Part shown: positions 26,801 to 39,732 of the stretch, one piece after another | Numbering within the stretch: position 1 is the first letter of the stretch | How the letters are laid out: each line of letters opens with the position of its first letter | Source of the DNA: Octopus sinensis | Taxonomy: Eukaryota | Reading direction: 5' to 3' | DNA length: 64,000 nucleotides | Assembly: GCF_006345805.1 (NCBI RefSeq) | Contig: NC_043001.1 | Location: forward strand, 37,324,001-37,388,000 | Translations under genes and position numbers: made by a program | The notes under the pieces: generated by a model | Seen by the model: the letters and a program-made list of their open reading frames with translations, nothing else | Database searches by the model: none | What the model was told of the DNA's origin: nothing

Positions 26801-27280
26801 ACTATTGCCTTTTCTATCTGGACACGAGCCAACATAATCTACATCCGCTTTGTTAAAGTCTCCTAGCACCACTAATGAATGCGAAGTACCAAGAAAGTTT
26901 TCTAGTTCACGAAAATAATCACTTTGCCCTGTATGGTTGGGTGCGTAAATTGCAACCAGTCTGATAACTTTACCGTTACTGAACGTCAAATCCATGACGA
27001 CCAGCCTACCTTCTGGATCTGCAAAAATTAACTTTTTCTCAGAAACCCGGTTTCTTTTTAATAGGACCAACACCCCACTCCCGCCTGTAGGACTGCCAGG
27101 AGAGAAAAAACTCTCATAGCCGTCAAACAGCGGGAGTAGACCTCTTGGCCCCTCTAACCGGGTTTCTGTAGCAACAATAACATCTAAATTACGCGACCTG
27201 ATATCATGCAGGAAGCGACCTTGCTTCCAGTCTGCTCCCAGGCCGCGCACATTCAAGCAACCAACATAAATGTAATCCAT
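23898..27280 (-). pseudogene. Tx1-like ORF2 split over four frames
   Basis: ORFs 25748-27280, 25324-26106, 24491-25333 and 23898-24587 join by single-base shifts at ~25812, ~25360/25345 and ~24550. No in-frame stops seen in the homologous frames. Confidence 0.9.
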
Positions 27281-27288
27281 TACTTACC

Positions 27289-28667
27289 TTATATCAGTGG
27301 TTCGGTTTTCTCTTGTTCTTCTAACTCTTTTTCTGGGCCTCGTGGGGGAGTCTGACGTAGGCCCTCGAATATATGTGGAGATGTCACATCCAATCTAAGT
27401 GGGCCTACGTCATGGAAGAATTCTGACTTTATCCGCCCGTAATCCTTCCGGCCTATTCTGTAAATTACAAAGTCGTTTTTTTTCACTACTTTCTCCACTT
27501 TGGCCATGGCTGCCAACACGTTTCCGAGTCTGCTATTTGCTGCCTTTACGGCCATATATGAGTTCATTGACTCTTTTTTCTTTTTTAAGATTACTCTGGG
27601 AGGGGTGGTTTCCGTTTTTCTTTTTTTCCTTCCGGTAATTTTTGCCCACCCCTCCTCATTTATCTTTTCCTCGCTCTTTTTTTCCTCCGCCGCTGGTTCT
27701 GCTATCACCGTCACCTCCACACCTTCAGTCTTCCCTTCTGGGCCGTCCGACGCTGCTTCTGGTGACACATTATCTTCTTTTTCTTTTGGCTTAGGTGCTT
27801 CCTGCGGTTTGGGTTGGGGTTGGCATTCCGCCCTTACATGACCCTTCTTGCCGCAGCCGAAGCACCTTGGCTTCCTACCCTCCACGAAAACTGTTATTTT
27901 CTCGTCTTCACTAATCTTTACCGTTTCTGGAATTTCTTCCAGTGTTTGCACCTCCGCCTGAATGGCTATCACTATTTTTTGCCCTTTCCAAAACTCCTCT
28001 TCCTCCACTGTGGCCTGGAGGATGTTTATTTTTTCCTCCAGACCTACCATCACTGCTGCCACCAGACATTCAGCATCTGCCTCTGGCGGTATGTTGTTCA
28101 TTGAAATTTTCGACGTCCTTTTTCCTTTGTACAATGGTAGTAAGACAATGTTTTCCGCTTTGATTGGCTCCATCGATAGTTTCTTCGCTATCTCCTCCGT
28201 AGTAAAACGCACCTCCACTGTGCCGTATCTTTTTCCTCTGTTTATATACGTTATTTTATCCATAAAAGGTTTTAGACAAAACTCTATTTTTTTTCTTCGA
28301 TTTTTTGGATCATTTTTTTCGTTGTGTCGTAAGTTTTATATATTATTCTTTTTTTCTCTATATCGTCATGTATTTGTATGTTTGTGGCCACAGTCACTTC
28401 TGTGCCTTCTTTTTTTACACAGTCTGCAAATTTTTAAAATTTTCTATATTTATTTTTTTGATCTTTTTCCCAGCCACTTCAGCGAATTTTTTTGCTGGAG
28501 TTGATGCTGGTACTGGTTTTTCCATTTTCTTGGGCGACGCCGCCTCTTTTTTCTTCGGCGACAACGCCTCTTTTTTTCTTGGCGACAACGCCTCTTTTTT
28601 TCCTGGCGACAACGCCGGGTATTCATCCTCGCTCGTCACGGGCGAATAAGAGATGGGGGACTCCATC
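27289..28667 (-). pseudogene. Tx1-like ORF1 (gag-like, zinc knuckle), frameshifted in A runs
   Basis: ATG at ~28667 (MESPISY), K/E-rich, SPKK-like repeats, knuckle in ORF 27289-28263. Frame breaks lie in A runs near 28440, 28412 and 28290. Confidence 0.85.
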
Positions 28668-29164
28668 TTGAACAAATGGCTTTAACAAGCCTTTGGTAAA
28701 TCCAAATTAATTGTAGTTTTCCCCCACTGAGGGGGGAACACCAACGCGAAGGCTGACTTCGTCCGTTAGACAACAATAGACAAAAACAGGTAGACCAACA
28801 GTATATAATAACAGAGATAATAGTACGAGAGCAAAAATATATATTAACTTACTAATAACGCAAAAAATTGATTTCCGCCGTGGGTTCAAATCTTTTTTCT
28901 CTACATTGTATACTTTATAGACAATAGTCTTTTCTTTAATTTAATTTTTTATTATTCATCTGGACTATTCCATTTCTGCACGCTAATTTTATTTTTAATT
29001 TATTTCCATTCATGTGAAACCACTTGTTCAAGTTCAAATCATTGATGCAATTTTATACCAATTGCTATTTTTACTTTTGTTATGTTACTTTAGTTTGATT
29101 TTAATTATTACTTACTACATATAATTCAATTTTTATTATTATTTTTATTGTTAAAGTGAAAGTA

Positions 29165-29549
29165 TCTCTCTATATATAAACGGCAGTTTGTCTGTGCGTG
29201 TTTCTGTGTGTCTGTTTGCTTGTACCCTCACCCTGACCACGGCTTTCAACCGATTCTGATGAAACTTGACACACACATAGCCCAATGTCATAATTCAAAA
29301 CTAACGCAGCCAAAATTTTGAAAAGTTTCCCCAGTTCTGAAAAAAATCGATAAATTCGACATGGGGTCGAGAATCAGAAACACGAACCACAAACTGTCTA
29401 GGGGATGCAACTCCATCCTTTTTTAACTCTCAAAAAAAATTTACCATCATTTTTTTCCATTTTTTTGTTATTTTTTGGCTATAACTCTCTAAAAATGCTT
29501 TATAGTTATTTCCCTTACAAACCTGAGCAACGCCGGGCGATACTGCTAG
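29165..29549 (+). mobile_element. Non-autonomous Helitron
   Basis: A|TC 5' end, subterminal hairpin (cctgagcaacgccggg) and CTAG|T 3' end. Confidence 0.8.
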
Positions 29550-29554
29550 TCTGA

Positions 29555-30110
29555 CATAAAATAGAGAAACGTTTTTGTTTCACTTTTAACACGTAATACT
29601 GAAAAAGTAGAGAAGATATGATATTGCTATGGGCTCGCTCTAAGCAAGAAGTTGAATATTTTTTTGCCGGTGACACTCCCCGGACCCTAAGTAAGGCATG
29701 TGTAAAATTTGAATGAAATTGGTTGTGTAGTTCTCAAGTTTTAGGGAAACACACAGACAGACAGACACACATTCTCAGTTTTATATATATAAAGATTATA
29801 TATATGTATGTATATCTGTATTTATGCCTGTACATATTTGAGATAAGTTTCAGTATTAAAGTGAAAATATCTGACATTACAATAGAGATGTTATTGTTTC
29901 ACTTTTGACATGTAATACTGAAATAGTGGAGGAAATATGATATTGCTCTGGGCTCGCACTAGGCAAGAAGTTAAAATTTTTTGGGCCTATGACACTACAT
30001 GGACCCTAAGTAAGGCAGGTGTAAAATTTGAATGAAATTGGTTGTGTACTTCTCAAGTTTTAGGGATTCACACAGACAGACACACATTCTCATCTTTATA
30101 TATATAGATA
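29555..30110 (-). repeat. Two direct ~240-bp copies of a Helitron-like 5' fragment
   Basis: 29555-29797 and 29874-30110 are diverged direct repeats whose minus strand begins atct(t/a)tatatata(t)aaa...gtgtgtctgtc. Confidence 0.65.
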
Positions 30111-30902
30111 GATTTATGATTATTTAAGGCAAACACAAGTAAAATGCAAATGCTTTTCACTTTAATGTTTTTTTCTGTATTTAATTTCGATTTGCATATG
30201 TTCATCATTTCGCTACAATTTCTTTAAAGTAAATAAAATCAAAAATTTACATTTGTGTTGGGTGGGGGTGAAATAAAAGAAAATTTTTGCATATTCGTAA
30301 TCTCCGATGTATAAAACGTAGGAAACCAAAAAAAATTTTTTTTTTAAATGCATTTTTCAAGGAGAGGTGTGAAACTGCATTAGCCCCACAAAAAGTTATG
30401 AGGGGTTATATGGAGTGCTTAAACAACAACAAAGAAACCTCTTTGCAGTCGCTCTACTCATTAGAAATAACGGCCAAATTCCTCAAGAAAATTGGACACA
30501 TTGGATATTTATGGGTTATTCAGCCTCAGTTCACCTCGGACTAAATAACTGTTACTGATTTAGGCCAAAGCCAATGATTTTGAGGGAGAGGATAAGTCGA
30601 TACCATCAAACACAGTATTAGACTAGCCTCAGCAATATTTGGGCTCATTACACAAAGAACCAGAATGAATGCAGCAAAGTATTTCTCCATGCTCAAATGA
30701 TTCTGTTAGCTAAGCTACATAATAATAAAGACTTGCCCAACCTACAACTATAGTTTGGTGTACCACACCTTGATTCTGCTTCTTTATGACTTTCTTGATA
30801 ATGCATATCTTTTAATAAAATTTTGTAGAGAAAATGTAAGTAAGGATTATGTTTAATAAAGCTTTTGAAAGTTTTTTTTATATATATTTTCATAAACAAA
30901 TA

Positions 30903-31300
30903 GGTGCAGGAGTGACTGTGTGGTAAGTAGCTTGTTTACCAACCACATGGTTCCGGATTCAGTCCCACTGCGTGGCACCTTGGGAAAGTGTCTTCTACTA
31001 TAGCCTCAGGCCGACCAAAGCCTTGTGAGAAGATTTGGTAGACGGAAACTGAAAGAAGCCTGTCGTATATATGTATATATATATGGGTGTGTGTGTTTGT
31101 GTGTCTGTATTTGTCCCCCTAGGATTGCTTGACAGCCGATGCTGGTGTGTTTATGTCCCCGTTACTTAGCGGTTCGGCAAAAGAGACCGATAGAATAAGT
31201 ACTGGGCTTACAAAAGAATAAGTCCTGGGGTCGAGTTGCTCATTTAAAGGCGGTGCTCCAGCATGGCCGCAGTCAAATGACTGAAACAAGTAAAAGAGTA
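30903..31300 (+). mobile_element. Full-length CORE-type SINE
   Basis: tRNA-like head with A/B boxes, internal (AT)n(GT)n, and aagtaaaagagta tail. Confidence 0.9.
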
Positions 31301-33778
31301 AACAATGTACATAGGTTTTTTTTTTTAACCATTCAACAACTTGACCATTGTCATTGCACAACAAAAGAAGTGCAGGATATTAACTGGGTTGATATTTTTA
31401 TCAAAATGAAATTGAAAGTACGAGAAAAAATTTCTTATTACATTTTATCTATTACAACACATAGAAAGAGTACTTTCGACTCATATATTATTTGGATTCA
31501 TGTAAGCCAGGAATTTTTTTTTTATGTCGTACATTCTATGTCGATTAATATCTATCAGAATAATATCATTAAATAATTCGAATGTATGCCCTTTTTTATA
31601 TTCTAGTTGTAATTCAAATGTAAAGGCGTCTTTTATATTTAGCAGTATTTTTTTAATGCGCACTGCTTCCCAGTCCCTGCCCACCCTCTCTCTCTCTATT
31701 TCAACTTCAGTAATATCAAATTTTTACAGGCAATAAAATTCGTCATGGAAAGTAAAGCAGTGAGTACAAATAATTATTACTGACTATATCAGGCAAAACC
31801 TGTAAATTATTCACTTGTTAGCAGTACTCAGAGCCCTTCTGATAAATGCATCTCCTCGACTAAACATAGATTATTGTTAGAAATGTATCTTGAAGATCTG
31901 TCCTCTTTAGAACCAGAAAATATTTCAGTCTTCTACAATTACTAATCCTCTACAAAGTTTCAGTGAGATCTACAATGGAGTATTTCTCCCACAGTATGGC
32001 AAGAAAAGTTGACTTGGATAATTGGTCCTGGGTAAATTGCATCCAGAAATGGAACCCTGGTTCAGGAGTTCCAGGATTTTGAGGAGTGTGGAATCACCTC
32101 TTAGCCACTATATTTCTCAAGTCTACTTTGATCTAAAGTAGAAGCACTTAAGTCAGTCAGGCATATGGAGCTCATTAGCCTGGGTGAGGGAGGACCCATC
32201 TAGAAGGAAAACCCTGATCCCAAACCTCTACTGCCTTGTAGCCATACTCGGTTGTGGGGAAGGTTTCTGGGGGTAGACCCTGAGAAAAAAATCAAGAGTC
32301 AGAGCTCCTGAGATAGTTTGACTTTATCTACAACCTTATTCTGGCAACTCCTGTGATGACACTGATGCCAAATTGAAATGGCCATGCTGTTCCTGTGGAT
32401 CAATCAGTAATGTGAAGAAGAGAGACAAACTGCATAGGCAACAACCTGTCTTCCATACCAGGGCCGTCGATAAGCCCCTGCAGTCATAGGGGGCCTCCAC
32501 AGTTGAGGGACCCCATGTTAAGATCAATGTATGTAGATGAGTCGTTTATATACTTTCGTTAAGATGTTGAACAAGAATTAAACTATGTTAACTGAAAATT
32601 TCATGAAATGATATAGTAATAAATTGTATCTGCGAAAGTTCTTGCAAAAATATTACATTGTACCACAAACGTGTACCAGACTTTGTGGAATGTCTATGAT
32701 ATCTACTGAACATGAATTAAGCTCTCAGCTTGATTATTCTGAACTGATCAATGATTCCACGAAGCAAAAAGTGCACCATGTTTGTCTTTGAAAGTTGTCT
32801 AGATTATAAAAGTGCTCTTTATTCATATCTGGAATCTTTACTTATTGAAATTTGTAATAGGCCTAAATAAATTTAACTTGTATTTTTAAAGATGTTCTTT
32901 AGGATAACATGAAATATTGAACTTCAGTTAGAATAAGGTAAAATACAGCTATGAATCAAAGGTGTGTAGATTATAAATTTTGATTGTAGGGATGGGGCCT
33001 CAAAACAGAAGGCCTCTAAGTCACACGACAGAGCTGTACATACCATACTGCCTGGGCTTTGCTCCTACTGAACACCCTATACTAGAGAGACTGATGAATG
33101 TAGTGGAAGAAAGGCAGATCCACAGAAAAGAGCACAACTCAAATAGCACCAGGACAGCCTGCAAGTGAGGTTGTGTGGCAGAGACTGTCATTTACACACT
33201 GGATTGTTCAGTCACAAACAATGCTATTTCAGTGGGGAGGACCAATTAGGATGTTCAGTTATGGTCATTAATGAGAGGCAGAGGCCAAGCAGATAAAGTC
33301 TCCCTGAAACATGTTCCAACTCTGACAAATGGGCATGCTGTTTTTTACGTTGCCTTTTTTCACTACTGTTATAGTAGCCTTTGCTCCTCAGATGTCATGA
33401 ACTACCTCCTCACAAGCACTCATGACTGACTCATCTTTCATCTTCTGATCACCCATATGGTATCCAACCTTTAGGCCCTGGCACTAACCATCACAGCTAA
33501 TTCTTCTTCCAAGAATGTTGACCTTGTGGAATTCCTTCCCTGCATATATCTTTCCAGTGTTCATTGACTTACAGCCTGCTCAAAAAGGCCATGAACACTT
33601 CTTTCACCAAACCTGCCAAAAGAATTAAAAAACTTGAGGAATCATGCTTACTTAGTTGCTCTTCATGAAGGCAATTAAAATTCTCTGAAGCAACTATACA
33701 GCCTATTAGGGTTCACCTTAATAATTCCAAAATAATTTAGAAAGTGGGAGGGTACACAACTCCCATTAGTTTGCAATA

Positions 33779-34013
33779 TATTTCGTTATTGTCCACAAGG
33801 GGCTAAACATAGAGGGGACAAACAAGGACAGACAAAGGGATTAAGTTGATTACATCGACCCCAGTGTGTAACTGGTACTTTATTTATTGACCTCGAAAGG
33901 ATTAAAGGCAAAGTCGACCTCGATGGAATTTGAACTCAGAATGTAATGGCAGACGAAATACCGCTAAGCATTTCGCCCGGCGTGCTAACGTTTCTGCCAG
34001 CTTGCCGCCTTAT
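33779..34013 (-). mobile_element. Same SINE family, 18-bp TSD
   Basis: TSD tcccattagtttgcaata at 33761-33778 and 34014-34031. Confidence 0.92.
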
Positions 34014-34234
34014 TCCCATTAGTTTGCAATAATGCCAGTGAAATATGTAATGCTCAAGTAGATTATAGAGACTGTGCAAAACATGTGGAAAAAGAAGAAG
34101 AGCAAAATCTAAGAGTTACATGGCTGATTATATCAAAAAGTGGAGAAACTTGAAATACAGTGAATGCAAAGAAGAGCAAAAGATAAACCAAGATAGAGAT
34201 CTATGATATTCAACCTATTGAGAATGGGTTATAC

Positions 34235-35552
34235 CAGGGCTGGCCAATTTGAGGCCCATGGGCCACATGCGACCCACAGACTTTATCTTGTGGCCCACTT
34301 GATACTTTCTTGAAGTATTGTGTTTAATTTCAAAATAAAATTGTTTGTGTAAAACATTTCTTTCAAAATAAATTAAAAATTCATAAGTGACAATAAAGCT
34401 GTAGATGGTCAAGGAAGCATAGTGAAACCATCTAATAACAACTCCGTTTAGAAGCCTAGAATAATACATATAAGGTACCAGTTGGAAAGAGAGAGAGAAC
34501 CAAATAGAATGTTTAGGGAGAACATTTATTGATATGTTAACATGTGTATCTGTGTGTACGTCATGTATACAGAATAATAAACAAGCTGTCATGAGAACAA
34601 AGTGTATGTGTGTATAGGCATGGATTTATGCATCAAGTACATATAAGAACAACAATGAAAGAGAAAGTGAAAGAGTCTACAATGAGAAGTTAGACGTATG
34701 GTCATTGACACAAGAAATGTGAAATACCAGTTCATGGTCAATTGTACATGGTAGTTGAAATACTGTATCAAGAAGTTGCGGTGATGATGCAGAGCCGGTT
34801 GCAGTACATGTTGTACAAAGTTGTGGCTGTAATGCTGCTGCATAGGTCATTTGTACAGGAGTTCTCGCAGGTTGTGTATTATCTGTTAACCATGGTGAAA
34901 TAATTCACAATCAGTGCTGTTAGAACCTGTGCAGTGTTGCTGGTTGAGTTGTGTACGTAGAGATGTTGATGTTGTTAAGAAAATGGTAGCGATGAAGAAA
35001 GAGATTACCATAATGTTGTTGGATGGGTGCTATCATCTGGCATTGTCGCTGGAACTGGTTGTGTCTTGTGTGGTCAGGAGCTAAACCTCAAAAGGTCTGG
35101 AAACAAAAACCTCAAAACGAGGAGTAGCTTGGTTTTTATAAGGAGCCGTAGATTCAAACTGAGTTAAGAACAGGCTGTCTCATGTGATCATATTTGGAGC
35201 TCCAATTGGTTATACACTACAGATTGGCATGACAGAGTAAGAGACAAATTGTGCCAAAACTAACCAATCAGAGTAGTGGACACAAGGGGTCCAAATAGCG
35301 ACCAAAGGCTAGCTGTTATTTGCTACATTCGAATGCCCATATAAAATATAAAGGAGAGTGGAATTTCACCCTAGTGTACGCTGCAAAGCAATAGCCTACA
35401 ATTTTATAACTTTAAGCAAATGAAAAGTATGAAAAATTCTTGATTCTGTAATTTGATTATTTGACTATTAGTACATAAAGTATACAAGCAGCCCTCAAAA
35501 AACTTGGTGTGATTAAAGTGGGCTGCAATGTAAGTCAAATTGGCCAGGCCTG
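34235..35552. mobile_element. hAT-like non-autonomous transposon
   Basis: TIRs cagggctggccaattt / aaattggccaggcctg; 8-bp TSD ggttatac / ggctatac. Confidence 0.8.
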
Positions 35553-36311
35553 GGCTATACTGTTGATAAGATTACAGCTGTTTCTAGATTTTGCTTTGTC
35601 TGCATTCAAAAGCACACAACCTGGATCTAATACATATTTAACAACTTGAGATTGAGCAAATGTGTCTACAACATTTATTTTGTTTCTTCACCATATCCTC
35701 TCCTTTTTCTTTCTCCTCTCTTTCCCTTCAACTAATCATGTGTAAGCATTACAATTACATTCTCTCTACCTCATGTCATGGATGCTTCTCTCTCCCTCTT
35801 AATCTCTAATCATGTGAAAGCATCACTGACCGGCTAAGTAATGCAATGACAAGCAGAATTATTATAAAATATTAAATTAATATTTTGGTCAACCTACTAC
35901 TCTTTAGAAATTAGTTCTTCCTTAGTACCCATATCTTCCTTTGAGACCAACTTCTTTGATAAACCAATTTTATTATTTACTTTTAAATTTTCTGACTATA
36001 TGACATTTTGTTTTTTCAATTTTTTTTTTACTATGCAGTATTTATCTGCTGCTTCTCCCTCTGAATTTGTATTGTTCTATGGCCATTGCACCCTTAAAGT
36101 AAATCATAAATGGCAACATGCTGAGTACATGTATTGCCTATGGATATATATAGACAGTTAGTTTACTCTCTGTAGTAGAGTTGATGTTTTCAACCACTAT
36201 GTATCTGTCTGAGGATTAGTCTGTTGGTTCCCATTCCAGTGCCTTTCTATATATGGGTATATACATGCATACATATTTATTTATAAATGTTTTGTGTGGT
36301 AAGTAGCTATA

Positions 36312-36447
36312 GGCGCAGGAGTGGCTGTGTGGTAAGTAGCTTGCTAACCAACCACATGGTTCCGGGTTCAGTCCCACTGCATGGCATCTTGGGACCAAAT
36401 CTTGGGATTTGGTCGACGGAAACTGAAAGAAGCCTGTCGTATATGTG

Positions 36448-36484
<37 letters not shown>

Positions 36485-36683
36485 TTGTCTGTGTTTGTCC
36501 CCCTAGCATTGCTTGACAACCGATGCTGGTGTGTTTATGTCCCCGTCACTTAGCGGTTCAGCAAGAGAGACCGATAGAATAAGTACTGGGCTTACAAAGA
36601 ATAAGTCCTGGGGTCGATTGGCTCGATTAAAGGCGGTGCTCCAGCATGGCCGCAGTCAAATGACTGAAACAAGTAAAAGAGTA
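36312..36683 (+). mobile_element. CORE-type SINE
   Basis: Same family as 30903-31300 with a small internal deletion. Confidence 0.9.
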
Positions 36684-36794
36684 AGTGTGTTAATACTGGT
36701 GTAACATCTATTATATAACAAACTTATGAAACAGGTGTAAACAAATGCAATAAGCATCTACTCTCTCACCTCATTTCTTTTATATGTATATACA

Positions 36795-37024
36795 CAGGGT
36801 GCAGCAGAAAGATTGCCCTGATTTCAAAGGTTAATAAAAAACAAAAACATGAAGATGCATGAAAAAACTTGGCATTTAATGAACTTCATAGAAATACAAT
36901 CATTTTTCTGTTTCAGGTAATACCCACCATGGCCTTGAATGGAGAGCATTGTTTCTTCTTGTATCTTCATGTGTTTGTTTTTTTATTAACCTTTGAAATT
37001 GGGGCAACGTTTCTGCCATACCCT
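36795..37024. mobile_element. Tc1/mariner-type MITE
   Basis: ~70-bp imperfect TIRs starting cagggtg, in a TA context. Confidence 0.75.
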
Positions 37025-37152
37025 ATATATATATAAATATATATATTCTTATATATATGCACACACACATATATATGTATAAATACATACATAATCACAC
37101 ATGAATCATTGGCGATATTCTCCCTCTGTCTTCCTTTCTATTCGACTTTCCT

Positions 37153-37187
37153 GTTTCTGAAGAAGAGTGTTGCTCAAAATGTCAAAC
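37153..37187 (+). ncRNA. Decayed minimal hammerhead
   Basis: GTTT-CTGAAGA-aGAG..CTC-AAAA-TGTC-AAAC. The conserved CGAAACGTC is altered by two CpG-type transitions. Confidence 0.6.
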
Positions 37188-37879
37188 CATCTTTCTTTCC
37201 TTCCCTGAGTATGTGCTAATGCTTTACATGTACCACTTCCTCACGTTTTTTTTTTGCGTTTGTTCTTCTTTTTATGGATTTCTATATATACATACATATA
37301 TATATATACACATACATATATATGTGGGGAGGGGGAACAGTCGATCATATCGACCCCAGTATTGAACTGGTACTTGATTTATCGACCCCGAAAGGATGAA
37401 AGGCAAAGTCGACCTCAACAGAATTTTAGCTATGTCATTTACAATTTCCTTTAATCGTGATTCACTGTAACTGCATTTCACATAATTGTATATGAAAGCA
37501 TTTGCATGTTTTCACTAACCTCCTATATCAGTACAAATCCGTTTTATCCTCTAATATTGGAATTTCGGATTTGACTGTCTTATATGATATGGATGATTGG
37601 AGTGGCAGTGAAGGTAAACGTGGGATGATGTGGCTTGCAAAATAACTCTGTCACTATTCCGCCTGAAAACTTTTTGTTTCCCAAAACTCAAAGCTAGTTT
37701 TTGAAAAGCTAGACATAAATTTTATGTTGGACTTATAATTTTTAACATAACAGTCACAGAAATGCAAGAAGTTAATTAAACTATCCTGTGATCCTTCCCA
37801 GACAAAAAATAGATGTCACCAATGAATCATACCAGGGTATTGGTACATGACCATGTAGAGATTTGAATGTCTTCAGTAA

Positions 37880-38345
37880 CTGTATCTCACATTTCGTCAT
37901 GAAGACATTAGCAGAATTAACTGCCATGGGTGTACCCACAGCTCAACCCCCTTGTCTGGTGGTAAAACTTCATTGTGTTACTTTGTAACACAAACTTCAA
38001 TAACTTAAAGAGAAAATTAGACGGAATACTTTTGTTTGACTGTTTTTCGAAGGCATCCACGCATGCTTCCATCCTGTCATCCTGGTCAATATTGGGATAT
38101 AGTGAAGAAACATCCATGGTTACCTAAAAACAGTTTTTGACACTACTTTGGTGTTTAGAAAAGTTGTTAATTTTGGACACAAAATCAAAAGTATCCCAAA
38201 TATAGGAACTCAATCTTTTTGCTACATGGAGTAGAAAGCCATCCAGCTACTCCAAAATTCTAGCTACACAACATTCATATCAGCTGCAAATTGGGTGCAT
38301 TGGTGGAACTTTTTTGAACTTTTTGAGTATTTTGGGGAGACCATA
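37880..38345 (-). mobile_element. Penelope-like element RT fragment
   Basis: GLPKI..K...PP..PI.S and TMDVSSLYPNI motifs typical of PLE RT; decayed. Confidence 0.8.
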
Positions 38346-38526
38346 AAATAGACTTGGCTATATAAAATAGACTTGCAATTCGTTTATCTTGCTTGCTTTG
38401 TTTAGAATTCACCCCCCACCTCATGTTTAATTCGGCAGACTAAATAAACAAGAAGAGTGAAATATGTGCTTCAAACTGTGTAGTACATGAATAAAATTAA
38501 AGTTTACTCTCATGTATGTATCAAAG

Positions 38527-39522
38527 TCTATATATATAAAAGTGAGGTTGTGTGGTGTCTGTCTCCTACGATTTAGATTCCTAACTACTCCCACATTTTG
38601 CGGTGCAGTTTAACCAAAACCAGGTATCGAGCTTTTCTGGGTATTAGCGCGCGTCTACGATGAGTCTACATCATCATCACCATCATTTAGCATCCGTTCT
38701 CCATGCTAGCATGGGTTGGACGGTTCAACTGGGGTCTGTGAAGCTGGAAGGCTTCATCAGGCCCAGTCAGATCTGGCAGTGTTTCTACGGCTGGATGCCC
38801 TTCCTAACGCCAACCACTCCGTGAGTGTAGTGGGTGCTTTTTACGTGCCACCCGCACAGGTGCCAGACAGCTGGCAAACGGCCACGAACGGATGGTGCTT
38901 TTACGTGTCACCGGCACGGGGCCAGGCGAGGCTGGCAACGGACACGAACGGATGGTGCTTTTACGTGCCACCAACACGGGGGCCAGACAGAGCTGGCAAA
39001 CGGCCACAAAACGGATGGTGCTTTTACGTGTCACCGGCACGGGGGCCAGGCGAGGCTGGCAACGGACACGAACGGATGGTGCTTTTACATGCCACCGACA
39101 CGGGGGCCAGACAGAGCTGGCAAACGGCCACGAACGGATGGTGCTTTTATGTGTCACCGGCACGGGGGCCAGGCGAGGCTGGCAACGGACACGAACGGAT
39201 GGTGCTTTTACATGTCACCGACATGGGGGCCAGACAGGGCTGGCAAACGGCCACGAACGGATGGTGCTTTTACATGTCACCGACATGGGAGCCAGACAGG
39301 GCTGGCAAACGGCCACGAACGGATGATTTAAAAAAAATTTTTTTGGCATATATAAGGGAAGTAACTCTCTAAAAATGTATTATTAAATCTCAAAACGTAA
39401 AAAGCTACAGTAACACCCCCCTTTGTGGTTAGCCATATTGAGATGGCTATTATTCTTTACATCTCTAAAAATGCTTAGTTATTTCCCTTACAAACCCGAG
39501 CAACGCTGGGCAATACTGCTAG
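38527..39522 (+). mobile_element. Non-autonomous Helitron carrying an RTE insertion
   Basis: TC start; cccgagcaacgctggg hairpin and CTAG|T end shared with 29165-29549. Confidence 0.78.
38669..39325 (-). mobile_element. RTE 3' end with ~8 alternating A/B array units, inserted into a non-autonomous Helitron
   Basis: (CAT)n at 38669, then the reverse complement of the terminal module and of the A/B units seen at 2379-3048. Confidence 0.9.
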
Positions 39523-39732
39523 TTAAATATAAACTGCAATTATTTTAACTAAGACTAAGGCCTCATAGAAATGAAAACATTTGTATATTTTTAGAATTGA
39601 AGACAAGGAAAATATGAGACATAAACTGTCATAATGGATCTCCTTCACTACTCTTAAAAGTTTACTCATACCAGCAGGTACTCTCAATCAGTGGTGCAGC
39701 TGTTATCAATAATAACACAAGAACTGATCATA

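Larger units (their letters stand above)
23653..28883 (-). mobile_element. Full-length L1-clade (Tx1-like) LINE: 5'UTR, ORF1 with CCHC knuckle, ORF2 (APE-RT-zinc finger), 3'UTR
   Basis: Two-ORF layout. ORF1 has CFGCGKKGHVRAEC. ORF2 has CLNVRGL, ETRL, IYAPN, GDFN, SYLDRIL, SDH, KAPGLDG, NFRPITLLN, DQSKAFDRV, YADD and CPRC...HAIVHC. The flanks rejoin into one reading frame; possible 3-bp TSD AAC. Confidence 0.93.

Noticed and set aside
28670-28883. HDV-like ribozyme in the LINE 5'UTRs (also 59221-59712)
   Set aside because: Known in some RTE/L1 5'UTRs, but I could not draw the nested double pseudoknot by eye; this needs an RNAMotif/Infernal search.
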